From Octopus bimaculoides (Eukaryota), in NCBI RefSeq assembly GCF_001194135.2, contig NC_069005.1:12864511-12920848 (forward strand): a stretch of 56,338 nt of DNA, read 5' to 3'. Every line of letters begins with the position of its first letter. The first letter of the stretch is position 1. The notes beneath the pieces are model-generated. The model ran no database searches and had not been told where the DNA came from. It saw only the letters and a list, made by a program, of their open reading frames with translations. Position numbers and translations under genes: made by a program. This document shows positions 39,030-50,795 of this stretch, piece after piece.

Positions 39030-39240
39030 TTATCTTTTACTTGCTTCAGTCATTGGACTGCAGCCATGCCAGGGCACCCACAAGAAAGAGCTTAATCGGA
39101 AAAAGCAAAATTAACCCCAAGATTTATTTCCATTTTAAACCAAGTAGTTACTCTATCCGTCTCTTTTGCCGAACCATTAAGACACAAGGACATAAATAAA
39201 TTGACACCGGTTGCCAAGAGGTGGAGGAGGCACACAAAGA
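39030..39240 (-). mobile_element. SINE family A, 3' half
   Basis: Reverse complement of the family A tail. Confidence 0.7.
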
Positions 39241-39529
39241 CATGCACACATACATACACACACACATTATATATATGTACACACACACACATACACATAT
39301 GAGAGAGAAAGAAAATGGAATTCATGAGATTCTTTATTATTCACTACGATCGTTTCGACCCATCATGCAGTTGTGCATCGAAGATATGGATCTGACTCGT
39401 CAGGTAACTTATCAAAAGGTACTTCGCTTTTTTAATCTCTGTTTCGCTCATTTCCATTGGAATACATGTTTGTAGTTGAAGTAACATACAACTACTATAA
39501 TGTAATAATAATAATAAATGATATTGACA

Positions 39530-39942
39530 ATAAGTTACCAGCATATTGCGGAAAAATATCCTCGTTTCAAACATATATTTCTTCAGCCGCCTATTGTAGC
39601 CTTTAGATGGAATAAAAATATAAGAGAGTTATTAACCTCTACTTCTGACTCCAGGAAAACTAACACTGCGTTAATCTTGTATTAGTTATTCATTTTGGTG
39701 GACGTACTCTTCCAGTTGTTAAATATCAAAACTTGTTGCTTGAACAATCTCTGGACTGAGAATTGCAGCTGCAGGTCGTACTAGAGCTGACAGTTCACAC
39801 TGTGCTGGAAGCTTGCCAGGCAGAGATTTTACGTTCATTTTCAAAGTAGATCAATGCTTGGTTGCATATGGTGGAAGTAAAATCTGGGCGTGAAAGTTGT
39901 AAAACTCTTGCTGTGTATGAGATAGTATGTATCATATATAAC

Positions 39943-40008
<66 letters not shown>

Positions 40009-41586
40009 TATAATAATAATAGACAATACGAAGAGCGTGATGCGATTGCAATAGATATTTCGACAGCAAGCTTGTCTTTGTCGAGTTCAAATTGAAAAGT
40101 GATAAAAATTCAAAATTGTAAAAATTCAAATCCAAAATGTGAACGAGAGCAACCAGTGTCNNNNNNNNNNNNNNNNNNNNNNNNNNNNNNNNNNNNNNNN
40201 NNNNNNNNNNNNNNNNNNNNNNNNNNNNNNNNNNNNNNNNNNNNNNNNNNNNNNNNNNNNNNNNNNNNNNNNNNNNNNNNNNNNNNNNNNNNNNNNNNNN
40301 NNNNNNNNNNNNNNNNNNNNNNNNNNNNNNNNNNNNNNNNNNNNNNNNNNNNNNNNNNNNNNNNNNNNNNNNNGTAAATTTGATGAAATTCTCTTGTCAT
40401 TTTATTCATTCCTGCAGGGCGTGATGTTAATAACCCACAAACATATTTCTCCACATACATTTTGAGCACTGAAAGTGTAGCAGATTCAGAATATTTTCTG
40501 AGAATATGCACTTTCAAGTCTTCTTCAAAATTGCAACCGTTTGAGGCAAAATGTTCGGCAAGTTCTGTCGAACTACTGTTATTGTGCCTGATGTCATATC
40601 TGTGCCTATTGAATCTTTTGTTTAATTGTTCTGTTGTACAACCAAGATAAATCAAGTTGTGTTTTGAGAATTCTGCTGCGTACACCAAATGGGAATCTCT
40701 ACACATCTCTTCTTCTGTATAAATCATAACATTTCTGTTATGATTCCTGATGGAATTCACTTGACTCATGTTGTTGCACAATCAGCGTGGCTTACCTCCC
40801 TTGCGGCTGTTTTTTCAAGGTACAGCGTTCAGATACTCCAAGGCACAAAAGCAGAGGATAATAGTTTTCTTATATATTCCGTCTAAAGGCTACAGTAGGC
40901 AGCTCCGGAAATATTTGTTTGAAACGAAGATATGTTTCTGCAACATGCTGGTTACTTCCATGAAACACATTTGAAATGCCAGCGAAATTTCGGTGCCAGT
41001 TAATCACTAAAGGAACTCTGTCACATACTGTACTGTGTTTGCTAAAATTATGCGTGAAGGTTTGACTTTGCTAATCTTGGCTATCTCATTTGCTATTTCC
41101 TTCACTGTAATCGCATGTGACATAATGGTGTACAAAACCATTTGCATGTTTCCAGTAATCCCCTATGTCAGTACAAATCCATTTTATCCTCAAAAATTCG
41201 GATTTTGGATTTGACCGAATTATATGAACCTGATGATCAGAGCAGCGGTGGGATGATGAGGGATGATGTGGACTTACAAAATAACTCTGTCACTATTCTG
41301 CCTCCAGAAAACTTAACTTTTGTGTCCAAAAATCCAACGCTAGATTTTGAAAAAAACTAAACGTAAATTTTATGTTGGACTTAAAGCTATAGGTTTTAGC
41401 ATAGCAGTCACAGAATTGCAAGAAGTCAATTAAACTATCCTGTGATCCTTCCCAGACAAAAAATACGTCATCAATGAACCGTAAATAAAGTTTTGGTTCA
41501 TGACCATGTAGGGATTCGAATGTTTTCAGTAACTGTGTCTTCGAATTTCGTCATGAAGGCATTAGCGAAATTAACTATCATGGGGG

Positions 41587-41600
<14 letters not shown>
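39530..41600 (-). mobile_element. Penelope-like retroelement (RT plus GIY-YIG endonuclease), decayed
   Basis: Minus strand: TPM..NFANAFMTKFE, LYLRFIDDVF (FIDD at 41467-41478), IKFTFS..VGFLDTKV, VPLVINWH..PTVAFRRN; then LVYAAEFSKHNLIYLGCTTEQLNKRFNRHRYDIRH..ELAEHF (ORF 40110-40781); stops and frameshifts present. Confidence 0.9.
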
Positions 41601-41631
<31 letters not shown>

Positions 41632-41632
41632 C

Positions 41633-41842
41633 ATTCTTTCTACTATAGACACAAGGCCTGCTGAAATTTGAGGGAGGGGACTAGTCGATTACATCGACCT
41701 CAGTGTTTCACTGATACTTCATTTATCGACCCCGAAAAGATGAAAGGTAAAGTCGACCTCGGTGGAATTTGAACTCAGAACGTAGCGACGTGCGCAATAC
41801 CGCTAAGTATTTCGTCCGGCGCGTTAACTATTCTGCCAGCTC
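41633..41842 (-). mobile_element. SINE family B flanked by (AAT)n
   Basis: Near-consensus reverse-complement copy. Confidence 0.9.
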
Positions 41843-41952
<110 letters not shown>

Positions 41953-41967
41953 CCTTTCTACTAAAGC

Positions 41968-42480
41968 ACATGGCATCGAATGACGCTAGGGTACAAATAT
42001 ATGAAGCCCAATATACCCATCATGACTACCCGTCTGATTAGATTACGCCAGGCACATGCATCACAACCATATGTGCGAGACATGGTGACGTTATATCAAG
42101 GAAAACAGCGCATGACCTTGTACGTGGGGCCCAGTTAGAATTTTCTTCCGGTTGAGCAACTCATCCCTCTCAAAAGGTGCCTGAACGAGGTTTAAGGCTG
42201 ATAAACAAAGCACTATGTTTCCAAGGGTGAATTATTCAAACTCCAAAGAACTCAACACTTGGCTATGATGCTCCCCCACTACTCCTGCTCGTGATCAGAG
42301 ATGCACATATCGTCAGCCACTAAGGGCCATGCTCAACTGGTTAATGTCAAACAACTGACAAGCAAATATGTGATATTGAGCAGAATATTTGTTGCAGCCC
42401 ATCTTTTATACCAAGACAAAACATGTACATAATAACACTTCCAATCAGTTAAGATCAGGAGCCATGAGAGCCACTGCCTG
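41968..42480 (+). mobile_element. Dispersed repeat family D
   Basis: Homologous to 30380-30905. Confidence 0.8.
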
Positions 42481-42700
42481 AGGCGGCGAGATAACTGAAT
42501 CGTTAGCATGTCGGATAGAATGCTTAGCGGTACAGTTTCTGTCTTGATTATCTGAGTTCAAATTTCGTTGAGGTGGACCTTGCCTTTCACTTTTTTTTCT
42601 GTATCGGTAAAATAAATACCAGTCACGTATTGGAGCCGATATGCAATCGACTTTTTTCGTCCTCACAAAATGGCTAGCCTTGTTCCAAAATTAGAAATAA
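42481..42700 (+). mobile_element. SINE family B (diverged)
   Basis: aggcggcgag..gaatcgttagc..ctgagttcaaatt..gccttgttccaaaattagaa. Confidence 0.75.
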
Positions 42701-43644
42701 TTACTAATTTTATTATTTGTTCTGGCTATTTACCTTCTGATTTTGGTGTGATTCGAAGGAGGTTTTGCCCCTACTTTCTTGCAAGCTGAGCGACTTGTTT
42801 CCGTTTTACTAATCAATACCAATTGTTCTCTCTTACGTTGCTGATGCTGTTTTGAAATCATAGAAATCATAGACTTTCTCCTAATCTTTTCATCCCCATC
42901 AATTTCTCACCTTGTGCTCCTTGGTAAGTAAACCAATTTAATCCAAACAGTATTTTTTTTTCTTTTAATAGACGCACTTTTCTAATGAATTTTCCTTCTC
43001 GCATCAACAAGTATTCAATGTATATTATTATAGGCCGTTTGTAAAGCAGTATGGGGCTTATTGACAAGCTGCTTCTTTCTATTCAGAATAACGTGTTTAT
43101 CATGAATGCATAGCAGACGATACGAAGAACAACAAGTAGCATTCGAAGAAAATATCAGGAATAAAGCAAAAACAAAACAAAAAAAAGAGATAAGAAATGA
43201 AAAACGTTGAATCTTTAAGAAGCTGATAAAATGCTGTCTTCTGTATCAAAATAATAATTTGGTGGAAAGGAAAAAATATTATAGTATCATAATACGTAAA
43301 ATAAATTCAATTTATTTTATGATGAATACGAAGGAAAAATAACATGTCAAAATGCGAAAAGACCTTATTCTAAAAAGAAACGTATTTTTTTAAACTTTTG
43401 AAACAGTAAATGTTTTCAAGGTGAAGCTGGTCATAAGATTAAAAAGGTTTGCCAATGTGGATTGCTGGTAATAAGGTTAAAAATGAGAATTACATCCCCC
43501 CAACACCACCACTACCACTCAGGTAATTCCTGAGATCTAGAATGAAAAGAAATATTTCAACAACCAGAATGCATCGTGGTTAAATTTAGTTACGACAAAA
43601 TACAGTTCCAAGATCGACAGCGTAGCATATACTATCAGCCTTAC

Positions 43645-43733
43645 AATTTTCGCCGTCGCCGTAGGCAAACTGCATAATGGATAGGCACCAGGAAGAGCCT
43701 AATGGGTGGATACTGGTACAAGAGGTTGACTGT
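43645..43733 (-). CDS. Candidate exon (QSTSCTSIHPLGSSWCLSIMQFAYGDGEN, or another open frame)
   Basis: Strong acceptor gattttctgtag and donor TT|gtaagg; 89 nt; two frames open; GC-richer than its flanks. Confidence 0.3.
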
Positions 43734-43767
43734 CTACAGAAAATCATTAACGTGTATATTCAGACGA

Positions 43768-43985
43768 AGGCGGCGAGCTGGCAGAATCGCGTTCATTCCA
43801 AACAACATTCTTAGAGGCATTTAGTCCATTTTTACGTTCTAAATTCAAATTCTCCCGAGGTTGACTTTCGCTTTCATTCTTTCACGGTCGATAAAATAGG
43901 TATTTTGATTACTGGGGGGGAGGTCATGTAATCCACGTACCCCCATCCCACGAAATTGCTGATTTTGCGCCAAAATTTGAAACCA
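43768..43985 (+). mobile_element. SINE family B
   Basis: aggcggcgagctggcagaatcg..tgcgccaaaatttgaaacc. Confidence 0.8.
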
Positions 43986-44144
43986 TTCAAATGAATTATG
44001 ACGGAAGATATTGATACACTAAATTGGCTTACATTGACACGGACGAATCCTGTGGCCAAAAACGGAAATTCCGAGTTGGCAGAAAATTATGGGCCTATTG
44101 TCTGCCTAAACATTATGTACAAGATTTGTTATTGTTATCTCTCT

Positions 44145-44531
44145 GGAGGCGCAATGGCCCAGTGGTTCGGGCAGCGGACTCGCGGTCGTAGGATCGCGGT
44201 TTCGATTCCCAGATCAGACGTTGTGAGTGTTTATTGAGCGAAAACACCTAAAGTTCCACGAGGCTCCGGCGTTGGATGGTGGCGAACCCTGCTGTACTCT
44301 TTCACCACAACTTTCTCACACCCTTTCTTCCTGTTTCTGTTGTACGTGTATTTCAAACGGGCCAGCCTTGTCATACTCTGTGTCACGCTGAATATTCCCG
44401 AGAACTACGTTAAGGGTACACGTGTCTGTGGAGTGTTCAGCCACCTGTACGTTAATTTCACGAGCAGGCTATTCCGTTGATCGGATCAACTGGAACCCTC
44501 GACGTCGTAACCGACGGAGTGCCAACCAACC
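44145..44531 (+). mobile_element. tRNA-headed SINE (head type 1, tail type 1) with target-site duplication
   Basis: ggaggcgcaatggcccagtggtt..ggtttcgattccc (A/B boxes); 12-bp TSD attgttatctct at 44131-44142 and 44532-44543. Confidence 0.9.
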
Positions 44532-44534
44532 ATT

Positions 44535-44710
44535 GTTATCTCTACAGATATTCTATTAAAACTAAAGCCAACACTGATTTTTGTTACGAAGTTTCGTATC
44601 CGAGACGTCAGATGTAAACAGTGTTTGTTTATATCTGACGTCTCGGATACGAAACGACGTGACAAACATTAGAGTTCGCTATAATTTCTAGAGACTATCT
44701 GTAGAGATAA
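44535..44710. repeat. Inverted-repeat element
   Basis: gtttcgtatccgagacgtcagatgtaaaca pairs with tgtttatatctgacgtctcggatacgaaac; outer ttatctctacagata pairs with tatctgtagagataa. Confidence 0.9.
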
Positions 44711-45603
44711 CCTTAACAAGTTATATAAAGCGAACTGATAACGCAGTAGAACGCTGTGTTGACTTACGAAAGCGTTTAATATACTTTGCAATATGTTATG
44801 GTTGTATAACCAAATACCGCGTACCTACAATCATTAGTATATATATACAAGCTTGTGAGTCCAGCAACAAAGTGACTGATGAGCAACTAGGTGGAAGGAA
44901 AGGAGTGTTGAGAAGTGCAGATTCTATTGCTTAATCGAGTGTGTGTTGACACCGGTTATCAACCTTGAATTTCAAAAATCAGTTATTGGAAAAGACTTTG
45001 GCACTAAATGTCCCTGGAAATCGATGTTGTGCCTATGCCTGATTAGCACTTCAATTTATTGATCACAGAGATTGATGAAAAAAGGCACCAGTCAACTATT
45101 GATGCTAATCCTCCTCGCTTAGTCTCTATTTCTTTCTCTCTCTCTCTCTCTCTCTCTCACTCTCTCTCTCTCACTCTCTCTCTCTCTCTCTCTCTCTCTN
45201 NNNNNNNNNNNNNNNNNNNNNNNNNNNNNNNNNNNNNNNNNNNNNNNNNNNNNNNNNNNNNNNNNNNNNNNNNNNNNNNNNNNNNNNNNNNNNNNNNNNN
45301 NNNNNNNNNNNNNNNNNNNNNNNNNNNNNNNNNNNNNNNNNNNNNNNNNNNNNNNNNNNNNNNNNNNNNNNNNNNNNNNNNNNNNNNNNNNNNNNNNNNN
45401 NNNNNNNNNNNNNNNNNNNNNNNNNNNNNNNNNNNNNNNNNNNNNNNNNNNNNNNNNNNNNNNNNNNNNNNNNNNNNNNNNNNNNNNNNNNNNNNNNNNN
45501 NNNNNNNNNNNNNNNNNNNNNNNNNNNNNNNNNNNNNNNNNNNNNNNNNNNNNNNNNNNNNNNNNNNNNNNNNNNNNNNNNNNNNNNNNNNNNNNNNNNN
45601 NNN

Positions 45604-45659
<56 letters not shown>

Positions 45660-45663
<4 letters not shown>

Positions 45664-45785
45664 GTTTGTGACAGGCTTCCTCACAGTTGCCGTCTACCAA
45701 ATTCACTTACGGAGCATTGGCCGACCTGGGGCTAGGGTAAAGATACCTGCTCTAGGAGTTGCGCAGTAAGGCTGAACCCGAATCC
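45660..45785 (-). mobile_element. SINE family A, 5' part (diverged)
   Basis: gacaggcttcctcacagttgccgtctaccaaattcac..gcgcagtaaggctgaacccg. Confidence 0.65.
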
Positions 45786-46740
45786 AAGTGTAGAGTGAGC
45801 TTCAGAGACAAGCAGACAGAAGGCGAAGGTTCGATCCGATGGGTTCGTTATTGAACCACCACGTAATGATGAAAGACAAAGCTGGACATTGTGGGATTTG
45901 AACAATTATGTTGCAAATCATTGACTGAATGGTATTTTATATATCAACACCAAAAGGGTTTTATTTTTATTTTTTTAAGAAAAACGTGTGGCGGTATAAA
46001 GTTGAACACGTAGGATTTGAACTCGGAGCGCGGAAAACCAGAGAAAATATCGTACCACATTCCGTCGGACTGCTGTAATTAACAACTTTGTATCTTTCGA
46101 CGCCCTATCACGCCCCTTCGTATATCATGAGATAGAATTATTTATGCAACTGTAGACTGCAAAGCGTGTATACGTAAGCAGTAAGTAAAGGTAAAGATAG
46201 GAAGATATAGGAGCAGAAAGGGAGGAGGAGATTAAAGAGGGAGGGGTGAAAGTGGGGAGGGGAGAAAGAAGTAGATGAAAGAGAGAGAGGGAGGGAGGAA
46301 GGAGGAGAAAAGGAGAAAAGGAGAAAAGAAGAAAAACCGAGAAAGTACAATTTTGCAATGATTTTTACCGTGAACTTAATGGAACAGAGAAAATGTCTTA
46401 AAGATATATATGTGGAATTCTAAATATTATTATCACACTTCTAAATCCTTGTGTTCAGAAATTAGGTCTTAATTGCTGCCAGCAATCACTTCAACCAAGT
46501 ATTGATAACGCTATATATAAGTTCTGAATCTTATGATATACAGATTCAGTGAGTTAAGAGAAATACTTATACAGAGATGAAAGAGGACAGACAGACAGAC
46601 AGATAGATATTTAGAAACGCAAGCTACGCACATATAATTAATAATTCGCTTAAGCATTGCGATGCTAATAACGTGGTGTAGAACTCAATATACGTATGCT
46701 TCTGAACGAAGCGTTAGTCGAGTCTAGAGCGGTAATATGA

Positions 46741-47146
46741 AGCAAGAGATGACAAAGAAATAAACGATTATCTTATGAACTTCATTAGCTTACAATTGTT
46801 TCTGCTGTAGGATACGGTGACTCAATGTTGAATGCCTGTGTAGTACCTTATCGCTTCATCGGAGCCTCAAAAATGAAGTGCAATTTATTTGCAAACACAA
46901 TTACAATGCGTAAATGTAACTGTTTTATGCGTAAATGTAACTGTTTTATGCGTAAATGTAACTGTTTTATGCGTAAATGTAACTGTTTTCTCAAATAAAT
47001 TGCAATTCATGTCCGAGGTTCCGATGAAGTTATAAGTTGTTATTCAGGCACTCAAGCTATGAGTTCATCGCATCTTATAGCCGAAACAGTTGTAAGCTAA
47101 TGAAGTTCATAAGGTAATCGTTTATTCCTTTGTCATCTCTTTTGCT
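46741..47146. mobile_element. Inverted-repeat element from Penelope-like termini with hammerhead-like motifs
   Basis: Arms 46741-46900 vs 46990-47146; CCGATGA at 47021-47027 and GAAACAGTTGTA at 47083-47094. Confidence 0.8.
46906..46989. repeat. 21-bp tandem repeat x4
   Basis: (atgcgtaaatgtaactgtttt) x4, perfect. Confidence 0.95.
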
Positions 47147-47196
47147 TTTTTGTTTCTTTTTCGTATTACCACATATAATTATTTGCGGTAATATAC

Positions 47197-47405
47197 GAGC
47201 TGGCAGAGACGTTAGCACGCCTAGCGAAATTCTTAGCGGTATTTCGTCTGTCTTTACGTTCTGAGTTCAAGTTCCGCCGAGGTCGACTTTGACTTTCTTC
47301 CTTTCGGGGTCGATTAAATAAGTACCAGTTATGCACTGGACGTCGATGTAATCGACTTAATCCCTTTGTCCTCTCTATGTTTATCCCCCTGTGGGCAATA
47401 AAGAA
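47197..47405 (+). mobile_element. SINE family B (near consensus)
   Basis: gagctggcagagacgttagcacg..gaggtcgactttgactttcttcctttcggggtcgattaaataagtaccag. Confidence 0.9.
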
Positions 47406-47444
47406 ACAAATATACGCGATCCAGTTTTGTTTTCAAGACACCCT

Positions 47445-48660
47445 ATGTAGATCTCTCAGGCTTTTGGGGAAGGATATTGAAGAGTTGTGAGCCCTTGAAA
47501 CCCAAGCTGTTGCAGTATCTGATCCTGTATCTTGATGGCAATGTTGGGATTTTTGGCACTATACAGTAACGTCCTATTCTGTTTATGTGACTTTCGATGC
47601 CAAAGTTTGGTACAAGTTCTTCCAGAGTTTTCCAGATGTATATCATTGCATATGTTTCCCGCCGTCACTCTAGTGGAGAACAATAGTCTAAATGGCTGAA
47701 GATAAATGCCCTTTAAAGGACCATCATGGTATTCTGTTCTCTCGTTCTGAAAGTTCTAAGGATCCATCCAGCCAGCCGTCTGTATTTTAGTGCCAAATTA
47801 TTAATATGTACCTGGAAAGAAGCCTCACTACTCATGTCAATACTCAGGTTGCGCACTGGTTTTGATTCAGTGATTGCAATTCCTCCTGAACCAGTGTATA
47901 ATATTTGTATTTCATTCAGCTTCGTGTGCTGGTAGCGCAGGGCTTGGAAATTTCAAGCATTAAACTGCTTGTAGTTGTCCTCAGCCCAATTGTATATTGA
48001 GTCCAACTCTTGTTGCAGGTGCGCAACACCTCCAGGGTTCTATATTCTCTGAGAGACCTTTGCATCATCTGCATAGCTAGTGAGGGTGGCTATCTGAGCA
48101 GCTGAGGGCAGGTCTGAGAGGGCGACTATAAATAGCAGTGACCCCTAGACAGTGCTCGGTGGAACACCATTCGTTATTTCCGTTTCCTTGGTGGTAGCCC
48201 CGTTCTTTCAAAGTCGAGATATTTCACATCCACGTTAAATTTCTTGAACTGCTGCTTTAATACCAAGCCATAATGCTGCAAGAGCTTCAACCTAATTGAA
48301 AACCGTGTTGGGTGTCAGTCAGCAAGTCATTCTCCCCAAGGGATGCAATTAGTTTCCTTTAGACTATGCCCTCCATGACTTTGCTGGTATGTGAGGCCAG
48401 ATAGATAGGCGTATAATTTTTAGCAACGGGTCTGCTTCCTCCTTTATGGATAGGGCATATTCCTTCAATTTTCCTGGGAGTTTACCACTTGCAAGGAAGT
48501 TCTAGGAAAGGAAGCTGCAGTGATTTTGCAAGGGTACGTTTGCATGATTTGAGAAGGATTGCTGGGAATCCATCAGGGGTCAGCAGCTGAGTTTCCATCT
48601 ACCTCATTCATGGCCACTATTGCCTTCCCTGATGTCGATGTAATCAACTGTTACTGCCTT
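47445..48660 (-). mobile_element. CR1/L2-type LINE reverse transcriptase pseudogene, internally deleted
   Basis: DGFPAILLKSCK, PIHKGGSR..KNY.PI.L.SH.SKVME, QHGF, YLDF, ALLFIVALSDLP..TSYADDAKV (YADD at 48064-48075), LDYCSPL, IYIWK..LVPNFGIES..YCNSLGFKG.QLFNILP; many stops and frameshifts. Confidence 0.9.
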
Positions 48661-48831
48661 TGAATTATAGAAAAAATATTATAAAGAAGATTATTTCGTT
48701 TATATGTACAAATGTTTTCATTAATAAAGTTTTCTATTATTATATGCAGGTTTTTCTAAAATTAAAAGAAAAAATTCGTCTCAAATACCTTACGCACCTT
48801 CTATATGATTATGATAGATTTATATAATTAG

Positions 48832-49150
48832 GGGCGGCCAACTGGCAGAGTCGTTAGCACGACGGGAAAATGCTTAGTGGAATTTCGTCCATCTTTAGGT
48901 TCCGAGTTCAAATTCCACCCAGCTCGACTTTGCCTTTCCTCCTTTCGAGCGAGACTGATATAAAATAAGAGAGAAGAAGATTAGAGAGGGAGGGGGTAAA
49001 AGCGGGGAGAGGAGAAAGAAGTAGATGGAAGAGAGAGAGGGGGGAAGGAGTAGAAAAGGAGAAAAGAAGTACCAGGTGAGCCCTGGGGTCAAAGTAATCG
49101 ACTAACACCCTCCCCCAAACTTACTGGCCTTGTGCCAATATTTGAAATCG
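48832..49150 (+). mobile_element. SINE family B interrupted by a purine-rich cassette
   Basis: Family B sequence breaks at ..cctttcg (48946) and resumes at aagtaccag (about 49067). Confidence 0.8.
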
Positions 49151-49794
49151 ATATCATTAAGATACACACACACATAGATATCTGTTTATCTCTCTCCCTC
49201 TCTCTTTATATATATATATAGAGAGAGGGATACATATGCACACACATTCATATATATATATAAACATATATCAAAATTTAAGAAAAGGATTGACGACCGG
49301 TTGAATGACTAGTTCTGTAATTTCTTAACGCTATTTCGCCTCATCTCCAAGAGAGCTCACTGTTCCGAGAATTTGAATTCAAGGAGGATAGTGAAGTAGG
49401 CGATGTACACCTCTTCAAATCTACACAGAATATACAGTTTATGGTTTACCGCCAGCTAGACAAAAATTACATATCAAAACTAGATTGTTACACCCAGCAA
49501 CTGAAATAGCATGTAGAATGCTCTGTAAAATTCATTTATGCAGAATGCTTTCTAATATTGCAAACTTCAGAAGCTAGATATGTATATCCTTATATATCTT
49601 TATCTATCTAGCCACGTACACATACATGTATGCATATATGATACACTCGAACTCAAATATCTATAGATAGATAGATAGATAGATAGATGCTTATGCGTGT
49701 ATCACAAACATATCTATACTTGCTTCGAATTATACACGTACACATACACACATATATTAATTCACATGCGGATTTTTTTTTTTTTTTGGCTCAT

Positions 49795-49945
49795 GACATT
49801 TTGAGTTCAAAACCTACCGAGGTCGATTGTGCCTTTTAATCTTTCGTGGGGTATAAAATATAATCTCACCCATGTATCGAGGTCGATGGTGTCGATTAGC
49901 ACACTCCTGATCATAATTGCAGGTCTTGTGCCAATATTTGAAGCA
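49795..49945 (+). mobile_element. SINE family B, 3' part
   Basis: ttgagttcaaaacctaccgaggtcgattgtgcctttt..cttgtgccaatatttgaa. Confidence 0.7.
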
Positions 49946-49974
49946 ATTATATTTATGAGCATATATCTATCTCT

Positions 49975-50006
<32 letters not shown>

Positions 50007-50584
50007 NNNNNNNNNNNNNNNNNNNNNNNNNNNNNNNNNNNNNNNNNNNNNNNNNNNNNNNNNNNNNNNNNNNNNNNNNNNNNNNNNNNNNNNNNNNNNN
50101 NNNNNNNNNNNNNNNNNNNNNNNNNNNNNNNNNNNNNNNNNNNNNNNNNNNNNNNNNNNNNNNNNNNNNNNNNNNNNNNNNNNNNNNNNNNNNNNNNNNN
50201 NNNNNNNNNNNNNNNNNNNNNNNNNNNNNNNNNNNNNNNNNNNNNNNNNNNNNNNNNNNNNNNNNNNNNNNNNNNNNNNNNNNNNNNNNNNNNNNNNNNN
50301 NNNNNNNNNNNNNNNNNNNNNNNNNNNNNNNNNNNNNNNNNNNNNNNNNNNNNNNNNNNNNNNNNNNNNNNNNNNNNNNNNNNNNNNNNNNNNNNNNNNN
50401 NNNNNNNNNNNNNNNNNNNNNNNNNNNNNNNNNNNNNNNNNNNNNNNNNNNNNNNNNNNNNNNNNNNNNNNNNNNNNNNNNNNNNNNNNNNNNNNNNNNN
50501 NNNNNNNNNNNNNNNNNNNNNNNNNNNNNNNNNNNNNNNNNNNNNNNNNNNGTGTATGTATGTGTGTATATGTATGTATATATT

Positions 50585-50745
50585 CGAGGGGGTTGTTGAA
50601 AAGTTCCTGGTTTTAAGGGTCTCGCAAAAGGCATGGTTGAAGGCCCAACCTTCCGAAATCTTTTACAGGGCTTAGAAAAACTGAAGGACCTCTGCAATAA
50701 GTGTGAGAATCTGAGACGGCGATATGCTGAATAAAATCATAAGTA
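50585..50745 (+). mobile_element. mariner-derived MITE fragment
   Basis: cgagggggttgttgaaaagttcctgg TIR-like start; GLEKLKD.CNKC.NLR..YAE* matches a mariner C-terminus. Confidence 0.7.
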
Positions 50746-50795
50746 ATTGATCCAATACAGGCTATTTATTAATCGATCCAATACTGGTTATTTAT

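Noticed and set aside
44145-44220. tRNA-like sequences at SINE heads
   Set aside because: A/B boxes are present but there is no complete cloverleaf, and they continue into SINE bodies; not called as tRNA genes.
46906-46989. Short direct-repeat arrays as possible CRISPR
   Set aside because: The repeats are contiguous with no spacers, there are no cas genes and the context is eukaryotic.
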